Positions 25,091 to 33,469 of a stretch of DNA of 64,000 nucleotides are shown here, piece after piece. The stretch comes from Escherichia coli. GTDB lineage: Bacteria > Pseudomonadota > Gammaproteobacteria > Enterobacterales > Enterobacteriaceae. The notes under the pieces are model-generated. The model saw only the letters and a list, made by a program, of their open reading frames with translations, was not told the DNA's origin and did not search any database. Every line of letters begins with the position of its first letter. Positions within the stretch are counted from its first letter, which is position 1. The position numbers were made by a program, and so were the translations under genes. The DNA lies in the NCBI RefSeq assembly GCF_965641715.1, contig NZ_OZ282453.1; one strand, 5' to 3'.

Positions 25091-26275
25091 ATGAGTGAAA
25101 CTCGTTTTCATGGTGCCCGTGTTACGGAAAATACCGATCTGGTAACAGCGATTAACGATGTTGATTCCAGCGTTATCGGTATCGTGGCAACGGCGGATGA
25201 TGCGGACGCGAATCTGTTCCCGCTGAACAAGCCCACACTGCTGACCCGCGTCAATGACGTGCTGGGAAAATGCGGGACAACGGGGACGCTTTATCGTGCG
25301 CTTAAGGCCATCGCAGACCAGGTGAGCACAAAGGTGATCGTCGTTCGCGTGGCTGAACACAAAGAAGAAGACGGAAAGACGCAGGATCAACTGGTTATCG
25401 GTGGTTCTGAGGATGACGGCAGCTATACGGGGATGTATGCGCTGCTTGTTGCAGAGCAGGATGAAAGCATCGGATACCGTCCGCGTATTCTGGCCGCGCC
25501 GGAGCTGGACACGGAGGCGGTAACGAAATCCCTGTGCGTGATTGCAGGTAAACTGCGCGCGTTTGTGTATGCCTCATGTCACGGCTGTAACACGATGGCT
25601 GAGGCGATTACCTACCGCCAGAAATTCAACGAACGTGAGGTGATGCTCTTATGGCCGGACTTCATCGCCTACAACCCGAAAAGTGGCAAAAACGAAACGT
25701 TCCCCGCACCTGCCTATGCGTGCGGCCTTCGTGCGTACATTGACCATGAGCAGGGGTGGCACAAATCACTGTCCAACGTTCCGGTTAAAAATGTGCTGGG
25801 GATGTCGAAGCATGTGTTCTGGTCGTTGCAGGCCGAAGACAGCGATGCCAACAGCCTCAACAACAAAGAAATCACGACCATTATTCGTCGCAACGGGTTC
25901 CGCTTCTGGGGCAACCGCACACCGGAAACGAACGCCTACATCTTTGAGGTGTATACCCGAACCGCACAGGTGCTGGCTGATTCAATTGCGGAAGCGCAGT
26001 TTGAAACCATCGACAGTCCACTGACGCCTGCGAACGTGAAGGATGTTATCAGTGCCATCAGGGCAAAACTGGATTCACTGGTTACTGCCGGGAAACTGAT
26101 TGGCGCGGAGTGCTGGTATGACGTGGTGGATAACAGCACCACGGATTTACGTCAGGGGCGCGTGCGTATTCGCTACAAATATACGCCCGTTCCGCCACTG
26201 GAAGACATGGAGCTTTACCAGACGTTTACTGATGAATACTTTGAACCCGCATTTGCGGTGCTGGGAGGTGCCTGA
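25091..26275 (+). CDS. Contractile tail sheath protein (P2 gpFI-like)
   Basis: 394-aa ORF collinear with remembered P2 FI (FPLNKP.L, GWHKSLSN, FRFWGNRT, YKYTPVPPLE). Confidence 0.93.
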   Translation: MSETRFHGARVTENTDLVTAINDVDSSVIGIVATADDADANLFPLNKPTLLTRVNDVLGKCGTTGTLYRALKAIADQVSTKVIVVRVAEHKEEDGKTQDQLVIGGSEDDGSYTGMYALLVAEQDESIGYRPRILAAPELDTEAVTKSLCVIAGKLRAFVYASCHGCNTMAEAITYRQKFNEREVMLLWPDFIAYNPKSGKNETFPAPAYACGLRAYIDHEQGWHKSLSNVPVKNVLGMSKHVFWSLQAEDSDANSLNNKEITTIIRRNGFRFWGNRTPETNAYIFEVYTRTAQVLADSIAEAQFETIDSPLTPANVKDVISAIRAKLDSLVTAGKLIGAECWYDVVDNSTTDLRQGRVRIRYKYTPVPPLEDMELYQTFTDEYFEPAFAVLGGA

Positions 26276-26787
26276 TGGCTGTGCCAAAACATCTTCGCTT
26301 TTTTACGCTGTTTGTGGATGGTGAAAACGAAGTGGGTAAGGTGACGTCCGTCACTCTGCCTAAGCTGACGCGCAAAACCGACAGCTACCGGGGTGGCGGC
26401 ATGATGGGTGCGGTAAGTATTGATCTCGGTCTGGACGACTCCGCGCTTGATGCGAGCTTTGTCATGGGGGGCGCAGTTCGTGAGCTGTTCCTTAAGTATG
26501 GCGGCACGATTGACGGCACGCTGCTGCGTTTTGCGGGTGAATACTACACCGATGCAGAAAGCGACCTGTATGAAGTCGAAATGCGCGGACGTGTGACGGA
26601 AATTGATATGGGGGAAGCCAAACAGGGCGAAGCCACATCACACACTTACGCCATTAAAAACACCTACTACAAGCTGAGTGTTAACGATCGCCCGTTGTGG
26701 GAGATTGACCTGCTGAACTTCATCTACCGGAAGGACGGCAAGGACATTGTGCCTGACCGTATCCGTTCCGCGCTTGGGCTTGGCTGA
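26275..26787 (+). CDS. Tail tube protein (P2 gpFII-like)
   Basis: 170-aa ORF with an ATGA overlap with the sheath gene. Size and position fit the tube protein. Confidence 0.88.
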   Translation: MAVPKHLRFFTLFVDGENEVGKVTSVTLPKLTRKTDSYRGGGMMGAVSIDLGLDDSALDASFVMGGAVRELFLKYGGTIDGTLLRFAGEYYTDAESDLYEVEMRGRVTEIDMGEAKQGEATSHTYAIKNTYYKLSVNDRPLWEIDLLNFIYRKDGKDIVPDRIRSALGLG

Positions 26788-26841
26788 TAAGTAATATGCA
26801 GGCGGCGCAGTGCGTCGCCTCTGACTGAAAGGAGTTTCCTG

Positions 26842-27207
26842 ATGAAAGAGACGAAAAACATCGATACCGAAAACACGGTAGTTACTGACACTGTGAAAGA
26901 AACCAGTGAGCGTGGCGTAAAACTTACCCAACCAATTGAGCGAGGCGGCGAAAAAATCACGTATGTGGAGATCACCGGGGCTATTGAGCAGGCTGGATCT
27001 CTGCGAGATTTGTCGCTGTCTGATGTGCTGAATCTGAAAGCGGAATCCATGTTTACGCTGCTGTCACGCGTGACATCACCGCGACTGGATGAAGTGACGA
27101 TCAAAAAAATGGCATCCCGTGACTTTATTCAGTTATGTGTGGTTGCCGTAAATTTTTTGAGCGGTGCGGACTCTGGCGGGAAGAACGAACAGGCGACGGA
27201 AGCCTGA
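26842..27207 (+). CDS. Tail assembly chaperone gpE
   Basis: 121-aa ORF between the tube and tape-measure genes. It contains the slippery heptamer. Confidence 0.85.
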   Translation: MKETKNIDTENTVVTDTVKETSERGVKLTQPIERGGEKITYVEITGAIEQAGSLRDLSLSDVLNLKAESMFTLLSRVTSPRLDEVTIKKMASRDFIQLCVVAVNFLSGADSGGKNEQATEA

Positions 27208-27371
27208 TCACGGTTGTGTGCTTTGAGCACATAGAAGACTTTGTGGCGGATATTGCCGCCATTTTTAACTGGTCGCCCGCCGAAATCTTCATGATGACTC
27301 CCGGCGAAGTGGTTAGCTGGCGTGAGCGGGCGGCACTTCGCAGCGGGAATACAGACAATGAAGACTCTTGA
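26842..27371 (+). CDS. gpE+E' fusion produced by programmed -1 frameshift
   Basis: The zero frame reads ..AAT TTT TTG.. (T TTT TTG at 27153-27159). The -1 frame continues ERCGLWREERTG... to the stop at 27371, overlapping the tape-measure start. Confidence 0.8.
27153..27159 (+). promoter_or_regulatory. Slippery heptamer T TTT TTG for the E/E' -1 frameshift
   Basis: X XXY YYZ pattern in the gpE frame, the same heptamer type used by P2 E/E'. Confidence 0.8.
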
Positions 27372-30165
27372 TATCCGGGTCGCTTTCAGCGCCGTTGACA
27401 GGCTGACCCGGCCTGCCGAAAACGCCCGCCGCCTGATGGGGCAGTTTGGTGACTCCATCCAGCGAACGCAGGGGGCGATCAAAAATCTCGAGCGTCAGGC
27501 GCGTTCATTTGAGCGCGCCCGTGACGCTGTCAGTAAAGCGGATGCTGGCATATTGAAAGCACGACGCCAGCTTAACGCTCTTAATCAGTTACAACGCACG
27601 GGTACAGTGCTCAGCGAAAAACAACAAAAGCTGATGCAGCAGTTAAGCACCCGGCTTGAACGCCTGAATGAATCGCGCACACGGGAAATTCAGAAAATGC
27701 GGGAACTTGGCGGAGAGCTGAAACGCCACGGCATTTCCCTGACAGGCAGCGATAACACCATCCAGCAGGCCATCAGACGCACCGAACAGTACAACAACCA
27801 GCTTGAACGCGAACGGCAGGCGCTTGCGCGTGTAACGCGGGCGCGTGAGCGGTATTCGCGCGCGCAGGAAACCGCGGGAAAACTGAAAACAGGTGGTGCG
27901 CTGGCAATTGGTGCGGCAGCGGCGGGCGGCTATGCTGCCGGGCGTTTTTTGCAGCCCGCGATCGGGTTCGGCAAAGAGATGTCCCGCGTTCAGGCGCTGA
28001 CGCGAATCGACCAGAACAGCCCGCAGTTTAAGGCGCTGCGTGAGCAGGCGTTAAAACTTGGCTCTGAAACGCAGTTCACCGCAGGCGATGCCGCCAGTGG
28101 GCAGGCATTTCTTGCAATGGCTGGCTTCACACCGCAGGCCATTCAGGCTGCGCTCCCCGGAGTGCTGAGCATGGCAACGGCTGGCGGTATGGATCTCGGC
28201 GAGACGGCAGATATTGGCTCAAATATCCTGACGCAGTTCGGCCTTTCTGCTGACCAGATGGACCGGGTCGGTGACACGCTCACCGCAGCGTTTACCCGTA
28301 CCAACACTGACCTTCGCGCACTGGGCGAAACCATGAAATATGCAGGTCCGGTGGCGGGCAAGCTGGGAATATCGCTGGAGCAGGCCGCAGCGATGGCGGG
28401 CGTGCTGGCGAATATGGGTATCAGGGGAAGTGATGCCGGGACGGCAATGCGTGCCAGCCTGGCTCGTCTTGCATCACCGCCAAAGGCGGCAGCAGAGGCG
28501 CTGAAAGAGCTTGGTGTGGCAGTCTCTGACGCGAACGGCAAAATGCGCCCGATGGAGGATGTGCTGGCCGACCTTTATAAAGCCACCCGCAAATACGGGG
28601 AAGTTGACCGGGTATCGTTCTTTAAGGACATTGCCGGAGAAGAGGCTTTCACATCGTTTATGGCGCTCGTTGATGCAGCGGGTGACGGTTCCTTACCTAA
28701 ACTGAGAAAAGAACTTGAAGGCGCGCGCGGTGAGGCTGAACGCACAGCAAAGGTTATGGCCAACAACCTTGACGGCGATCTGAAATCACTCGGCAGTGCA
28801 TGGGAAGGGTTGCGCATCCGCATTGCAGATCTGATTGACGGCCCGCTGCGTTCTGTCACGCAGTGGCTCACGCGGGTGGTATCAAGGGTGACGGCGCTGG
28901 CGCAGGCCCATCCGGCACTGACGCGCCAGCTACTGATAGCAGGCGGTGCGTTGCTGGCAATGACTGCAACGATTGGCTCGTTGTCGCTGGTTATTGGCGT
29001 GCTTCACGGGAAACTGGCCACGTTACGTCTTGGTTTTTCTCTCCTGACCGGATCAATGAATGTCGTCAGGGTGCTGCCAGCACTATGGGGAATGGTAACA
29101 GGTTCCATCTCGTTGCTGGGTGGCGCTATCGGGGCGCTGTTCAGTCCGGTCGGATTGATTGTTGCCGCGTTTGTGGCTGCGGCGGTTCTCATCTGGAAAT
29201 ACTGGGAACCCATCAAGGCGTTTTATGCCGGGGTGTTCAGTGGAATTATGGAACGGCTGGCTCCGTTGCGCGAAACCTTTGAACGGTTTGGTCCTGTTTT
29301 TGATGTCGTGCGCGATGGGATTATTCAGCTCTTTAACTGGTTTAAATCGCTGCTGTCACCGATGGAGTCCAGCAAGGAAACGCTGGATAAATGTACCAGT
29401 GCTGGCGAGATATTCGGTAACGTTCTTGGTGGCGCGCTACAGCTTGTTCTGACGCCTGCAAAAATGCTGCTGGATACGCTGGCGTGGATACTTGAAAAAC
29501 TCGGTGTGCTTCCGGATGAAGCGGAAAGGGCGAGAAAGAAAATCGAAGACGCACAGCGTGCGGCCATTCTTCAGGACAAGGTTGCCTTGCTTCAGGGGGA
29601 CCTGGCGAAAATCAATCCGCCGAAGCCTGTGGAAAATGGCAATGGCACCGGAGGTGATAACCCCAAAGACAATAAACCGCTCACAGACAGCAATACCGGG
29701 ACGCTACGCAGACTCAGCAAAATTGCTGATAACACAGGTAAGCTGGTTGATGAGACGAAAAAACGCATTGGCCCCGGCGATATTGTCTTTAAGAACCTGC
29801 CCCGCGCACTTGCTGTTCGTGGGGAGTGGCAGGAGCGGAAGATTGCGCAGGTCAGTAAGCCTGCCCCCGCAATTAATATCACCCCCGTGGTCCCGGCTCC
29901 GCTGCCTCCGGCGCTGGTCCCTGTTGTTGCGGCCAGCTCCCGCCCGGTGGCGGAGGCCATACGATCTCCAGTGGCATCAGTTCCTGTAACTTCCCGTAAC
30001 CGGGAGCCTGTTGCCTCCGGATTTGGTGGTGAAATTCATGTTCATCTGCATAACGTTGTTACGCAGAATCCCCGCGAACTGGCGAAACTGGTCGGTGAAA
30101 TGGTCAGGGCAGAAATGGAACGGCGCGCCCGTGCCGGGCGTGGCAGTTTTTACGATAAAGATTGA
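27358..30165 (+). CDS. Tail tape-measure protein (gpT-like)
   Basis: 935-aa ORF starting at MKTLDIRVAFSAVD, with coiled-coil and hydrophobic central segments. It lies after E/E'. Confidence 0.9.
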   Translation: MKTLDIRVAFSAVDRLTRPAENARRLMGQFGDSIQRTQGAIKNLERQARSFERARDAVSKADAGILKARRQLNALNQLQRTGTVLSEKQQKLMQQLSTRLERLNESRTREIQKMRELGGELKRHGISLTGSDNTIQQAIRRTEQYNNQLERERQALARVTRARERYSRAQETAGKLKTGGALAIGAAAAGGYAAGRFLQPAIGFGKEMSRVQALTRIDQNSPQFKALREQALKLGSETQFTAGDAASGQAFLAMAGFTPQAIQAALPGVLSMATAGGMDLGETADIGSNILTQFGLSADQMDRVGDTLTAAFTRTNTDLRALGETMKYAGPVAGKLGISLEQAAAMAGVLANMGIRGSDAGTAMRASLARLASPPKAAAEALKELGVAVSDANGKMRPMEDVLADLYKATRKYGEVDRVSFFKDIAGEEAFTSFMALVDAAGDGSLPKLRKELEGARGEAERTAKVMANNLDGDLKSLGSAWEGLRIRIADLIDGPLRSVTQWLTRVVSRVTALAQAHPALTRQLLIAGGALLAMTATIGSLSLVIGVLHGKLATLRLGFSLLTGSMNVVRVLPALWGMVTGSISLLGGAIGALFSPVGLIVAAFVAAAVLIWKYWEPIKAFYAGVFSGIMERLAPLRETFERFGPVFDVVRDGIIQLFNWFKSLLSPMESSKETLDKCTSAGEIFGNVLGGALQLVLTPAKMLLDTLAWILEKLGVLPDEAERARKKIEDAQRAAILQDKVALLQGDLAKINPPKPVENGNGTGGDNPKDNKPLTDSNTGTLRRLSKIADNTGKLVDETKKRIGPGDIVFKNLPRALAVRGEWQERKIAQVSKPAPAINITPVVPAPLPPALVPVVAASSRPVAEAIRSPVASVPVTSRNREPVASGFGGEIHVHLHNVVTQNPRELAKLVGEMVRAEMERRARAGRGSFYDKD

Positions 30166-30171
30166 GGAGTC

Positions 30172-30666
30172 ATGGCCATGATGATGATCTACGGCATGTT
30201 TGTTTTTGAGCTGCGCACGTTGCCGCATCAGCAGTTACAGCAAAACAAAAGCTGGCGGCATGTGAAAAATGAACGCGTTAACCGTTCAGCAAGCTGGCAG
30301 TATATCGGGGCAGGCGATGATCGCATCGTTCTTTCTGGTGTGCTTTATCCTGAAATTACAGGTGGCGAAGTGTCGCTTTCGTTGCTGACCACGCAGGCAT
30401 ATACAGGACGCCCCTGGCCTCTGATTGATGGTGTCGGGCAGATTTACGGCATGTATGTCCTGACCGGAACGAATACGACCCGTTCCGAGTTTGATCGCTA
30501 CGGTAAGGCGAAAAAGATAGAATTTTCACTGACCCTTGAACGCTGTGATGAGGATTTGCGGGAGCGCCTGCAATCCTCATCGTTCAGCGATATGCTGTCC
30601 GGCTTCAAAGATAAGGTGACATCATCTCTTAACAGCGCGGCCAGTTCAGTTAAAGGGCTGTTCTGA
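30172..30666 (+). CDS. Tail protein gpU-like
   Basis: MAMMMIYGMFVFELRTLPHQQL...GDDRIVLSGVLYPEITGG parallels P2 gpU (MMMVLGLFVF...ITLAGVLYPELTGG). Confidence 0.88.
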   Translation: MAMMMIYGMFVFELRTLPHQQLQQNKSWRHVKNERVNRSASWQYIGAGDDRIVLSGVLYPEITGGEVSLSLLTTQAYTGRPWPLIDGVGQIYGMYVLTGTNTTRSEFDRYGKAKKIEFSLTLERCDEDLRERLQSSSFSDMLSGFKDKVTSSLNSAASSVKGLF

Positions 30667-30677
30667 TTTAACACAAA

Positions 30678-30710
30678 AACCGCTAATGGTCAGATTAGCG
30701 GTTATTTTGT
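30678..30710. terminator. Shared hairpin between convergent gpU and invertase genes
   Basis: AACCGCTAAT-GGTCAG-ATTAGCGGTT followed by ATTTTGTTTT. It overlaps the invertase stop. Confidence 0.6.
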
Positions 30711-31289
30711 TTTCTGACTCTTCTCTATTGCTCCGCTTGATTCTCCTGCGGGGTGGTAACGATAAATCGTCGATGTACCAATGCCGTAAATTATTGCCAG
30801 TTGTTTTCTGTCGTGACCGTTTTTAATCAGCCTTGCTATTTGCTCATGCTGTTCTTTTGTCAGCTTCGGGCGACGTCCGCCTGTGCGCCCCCGTGCGCGC
30901 GCTGCTGCCAGTCCGGCCAGTGTACGTTCAACAATTAATTCACGTTCCATTTCAGCCAGGGCACCCATCACGTGGAAGAAAAAACGCCCCATTGGAGAAG
31001 ATGTATCTATGCTGTCGGTCAGACTGCGAAAATTAATCCCTCGCTCCCGTAGTTCCCCGACGAGAGAAATCAGATGTTTCATGCTTCGCCCGAGGCGATC
31101 CAGTTTCCAGACAACCAGCGTGTCACCTTTTTGAAGACGCTTTAAAGCGCGTTTTAATCCCGGTCGGTCTGTCTTTGTCCCGCTTAATTTATCTTCAAAT
31201 ATTTGTTCACATCCTGCACAAACAAGAGCGTTTCGTTGCAGGTCTGTATTCTGGTCATTTGTTGATACCCTTACATAGCCAATCAGCAC
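30702..31289 (-). CDS. Serine DNA invertase (Gin/Pin/Cin/Hin family)
   Basis: GTG start gives MLIGYVRVSTNDQNTDLQRNALVCAGCEQIFEDKLSG..., nearly collinear with remembered Mu Gin. A C-terminal HTH is present. Confidence 0.93.
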   Translation of the reverse strand: MLIGYVRVSTNDQNTDLQRNALVCAGCEQIFEDKLSGTKTDRPGLKRALKRLQKGDTLVVWKLDRLGRSMKHLISLVGELRERGINFRSLTDSIDTSSPMGRFFFHVMGALAEMERELIVERTLAGLAAARARGRTGGRRPKLTKEQHEQIARLIKNGHDRKQLAIIYGIGTSTIYRYHPAGESSGAIEKSQKTK

Positions 31290-31343
31290 GCTGAATCTCC
31301 CGTCCAAAAGCGTAAATCATGCCATGCAGGTCAGAAACGGCCA

Positions 31344-31373
31344 TTATCTAAAACCTCGGTTTACAGGAAACGG
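31344..31373. repeat. gix/cix-like crossover site (invertase-proximal)
   Basis: TTATCTAAAACCTCGGTTTACAGGAAACGG. Its reverse complement matches 34405-34434 at 27 of 30 positions and resembles the gix consensus TTCCTGTAAACCGAGGTTTTGGATAA. Confidence 0.85.
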
Positions 31374-32374
31374 TAAACAGGGCTGGTAACGCCGTGCAAA
31401 AAAATGGCGATACTTTGTCCGGTGGGCTTACTTTTGAAAATGACTCAATCCTTGCCTGGATTCGAAATACTGACTGGGCGAAGATTGGATTTAAAAATGA
31501 TGCCGATGGTGACACTGATTCATACATGTGGTTTGAGACAGGCGACAACGGCAATGAATATTTCAAATGGAGAAGCAAACAAAGCACCACAACAAAAGAC
31601 CTGATGAATCTTAAATGGGATGCTTTGTATGTTCTTGTTAAAGCTCTTTTCAGCAGTGAAGTAAAAATATCGACAGTCAATGCACTGAGGATATTTAATT
31701 CATCTTTTGGTGCCATTTTTCGCCGTTCTGAAGAATGCCTGCATATCATCCCTACACGAGAGAATGAGGGGGAAAATGGTAATATAGGGCCACTACGTCC
31801 CTTTACGCTTAATCTCAGAACTGGCCGCATAACTATGGGGCATGGTCTGGATGTTACAGGAGATATAACAACTAACGCCTGGGTGTATGCAAACAGGTTT
31901 GCTATTAATAGTGGCTCAACCTCATGGATTGATATGCGAAACCAGAATGTCATTTTTGGTAGAAACGCAGTATCAACAAGTTCTGCGCAGGCTTTGTTAA
32001 GACAAGACCATGCAGAACGCAAATTTTTTGTCGGTGGACTTGGTAACTACCAGTTTGGTTTTTACATGATTAATAACTCAAGGACAGCCAATGGCACCGA
32101 TGGTCAGGCGTACATGGACAATAACGGTAACTGGCTTTGTGGCTCGCAAGTTATTCCTGGCAACTATGGCAATTTTGATTCCAGATATGTGAGAGATGTT
32201 CGCCTGGGTACGCGAGTTGTTCAATTGATGGCGCGTGGTGGTCGTTATGAAAAAGCCGGACACGCAATTACCGGATTAAGAATCATTGGTGAAGTAGATG
32301 GCGATGATGAAGCCATCTTCAGGCCAATACAAAAATACATCAATGGCACATGGTATAACGTCGCACAGGTGTAA
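31352..32374 (+). CDS. Alternative tail-fibre C-terminal cassette (silent in this orientation; no own start)
   Basis: The frame is open from just after a stop at 31349. It reads [25 protein letters not shown]..., sharing LGLQETV with codons about 425-431 of the expressed fibre, and ends ...INGTWYNVAQV. Confidence 0.8.
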   Translation, partial: NLGLQETVNRAGNAVQKNGDTLSGGLTFENDSILAWIRNTDWAKIGFKNDADGDTDSYMWFETGDNGNEYFKWRSKQSTTTKDLMNLKWDALYVLVKALFSSEVKISTVNALRIFNSSFGAIFRRSEECLHIIPTRENEGENGNIGPLRPFTLNLRTGRITMGHGLDVTGDITTNAWVYANRFAINSGSTSWIDMRNQNVIFGRNAVSTSSAQALLRQDHAERKFFVGGLGNYQFGFYMINNSRTANGTDGQAYMDNNGNWLCGSQVIPGNYGNFDSRYVRDVRLGTRVVQLMARGGRYEKAGHAITGLRIIGEVDGDDEAIFRPIQKYINGTWYNVAQV

Positions 32375-32905
32375 ATGATGCAGCATTTAAAAAATATTAA
32401 GTCTGGAAATCCTAAAACGAAAGAACAATATCAGCTAACAAAGAATTTTGATGTTATCTGGTTATGGTCCGAAGACGATAAAAACTGGTATGAGGAAGTG
32501 AAAAACTTTCAGCCAGACACAATAAAGATTGTTTACGATGCAAATAATATTATTGTCGCCATCACTAAAGATGCCTCCACGCTTAACCCTGAAGGTTTTA
32601 GCGTCGTTGAGGTTCCTGATATTACAGCCAACCGCCGCGCTGATGATTCAGGAAAGTGGATGTTTAAGGATGGAGCTGTAGTTAAACGGATTTATACGGC
32701 AGACGAACAGCAACAACAAGGCGAATCACAAAAGGCCGCATTGCTTTCCGAAGCTGAATCAGTCATCCAGCCGCTGGAACGCGCTGTCAGGCTGAATATG
32801 GCAACAGACGAGGAACGCACACGACTGGAAGCATGGGAACGCTACAGTGTTCTGGTCAGCCGTGTGGATACGGCAAATCCTGAATGGCCACAAAAGCCTG
32901 AATAA
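32375..32905 (+). CDS. Tail-fibre assembly chaperone (partner of the silent cassette)
   Basis: 176-aa ORF, highly similar over its N-terminal roughly 100 aa (majority of residues identical by eye) to the opposing 177-aa chaperone. Confidence 0.85.
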   Translation: MMQHLKNIKSGNPKTKEQYQLTKNFDVIWLWSEDDKNWYEEVKNFQPDTIKIVYDANNIIVAITKDASTLNPEGFSVVEVPDITANRRADDSGKWMFKDGAVVKRIYTADEQQQQGESQKAALLSEAESVIQPLERAVRLNMATDEERTRLEAWERYSVLVSRVDTANPEWPQKPE

Positions 32906-32933
32906 AAATTAAGGCCCGCGATCGGGCCTTGTC

Positions 32934-33467
32934 TCATTCAGGTTGTTCGGGAAATGTTACTGGCAGGCTGGAGGTGTCTGTAGATTCGACTTTCTGCGCA
33001 TAGAGCATCCACTCGGTTAATTTTTGTTTATTCTCGTCGGAAATGATGCCCAGCCGTAGCTGTGAGTCCCATAGCTGGGTTTTATCCCTAACGAGCTGTA
33101 GCAGGCTTTGCTTTTCATTTTCCGCCTGCTGCCTCTGCTCTTCCTCGGTATAAGTTCGCTTTACCACTACGCCATCTTTGAACATCCATTTACCAGAAAT
33201 ATCAGCCCGGCGATTTGCTGTAATATCAGGAACCTCAACGACGCTTGCGCCTTCTGGATTAATTGCTGAAACATCCTTTTCAATACAAATAATAACGTTG
33301 TTGTGGTCATAGACCATTTTCAACGTATCAGGCTGAAAGTTCTTTTGTTCCTCATACCAGTTTTTCCCATCCTCTGTATAAAGCCATTTGATGTTAAATT
33401 GTTTCGTTAGCTGGTATTGCTCTTTTGTTTTAGGGTTGCCAGCAGTAATATTTTTTAAGTGCATCAT
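32934..33467 (-). CDS. Tail-fibre assembly chaperone (gpG/U-like, expressed orientation)
   Basis: 177-aa ORF immediately downstream of the tail-fibre gene. Confidence 0.87.
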   Translation of the reverse strand: MMHLKNITAGNPKTKEQYQLTKQFNIKWLYTEDGKNWYEEQKNFQPDTLKMVYDHNNVIICIEKDVSAINPEGASVVEVPDITANRRADISGKWMFKDGVVVKRTYTEEEQRQQAENEKQSLLQLVRDKTQLWDSQLRLGIISDENKQKLTEWMLYAQKVESTDTSSLPVTFPEQPE

Positions 33468-33469
33468 AA

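Noticed and set aside
24934-30710. The idea that the FI-U block was flipped by the adjacent Gin-like invertase
   Set aside because: I found no gix-like sequence (TTCCTGTAAACCGAGGTTTTGGATAA type) at either block boundary. The boundaries instead look like evolved intergenic regions, one a divergent promoter region and the other a shared terminator.
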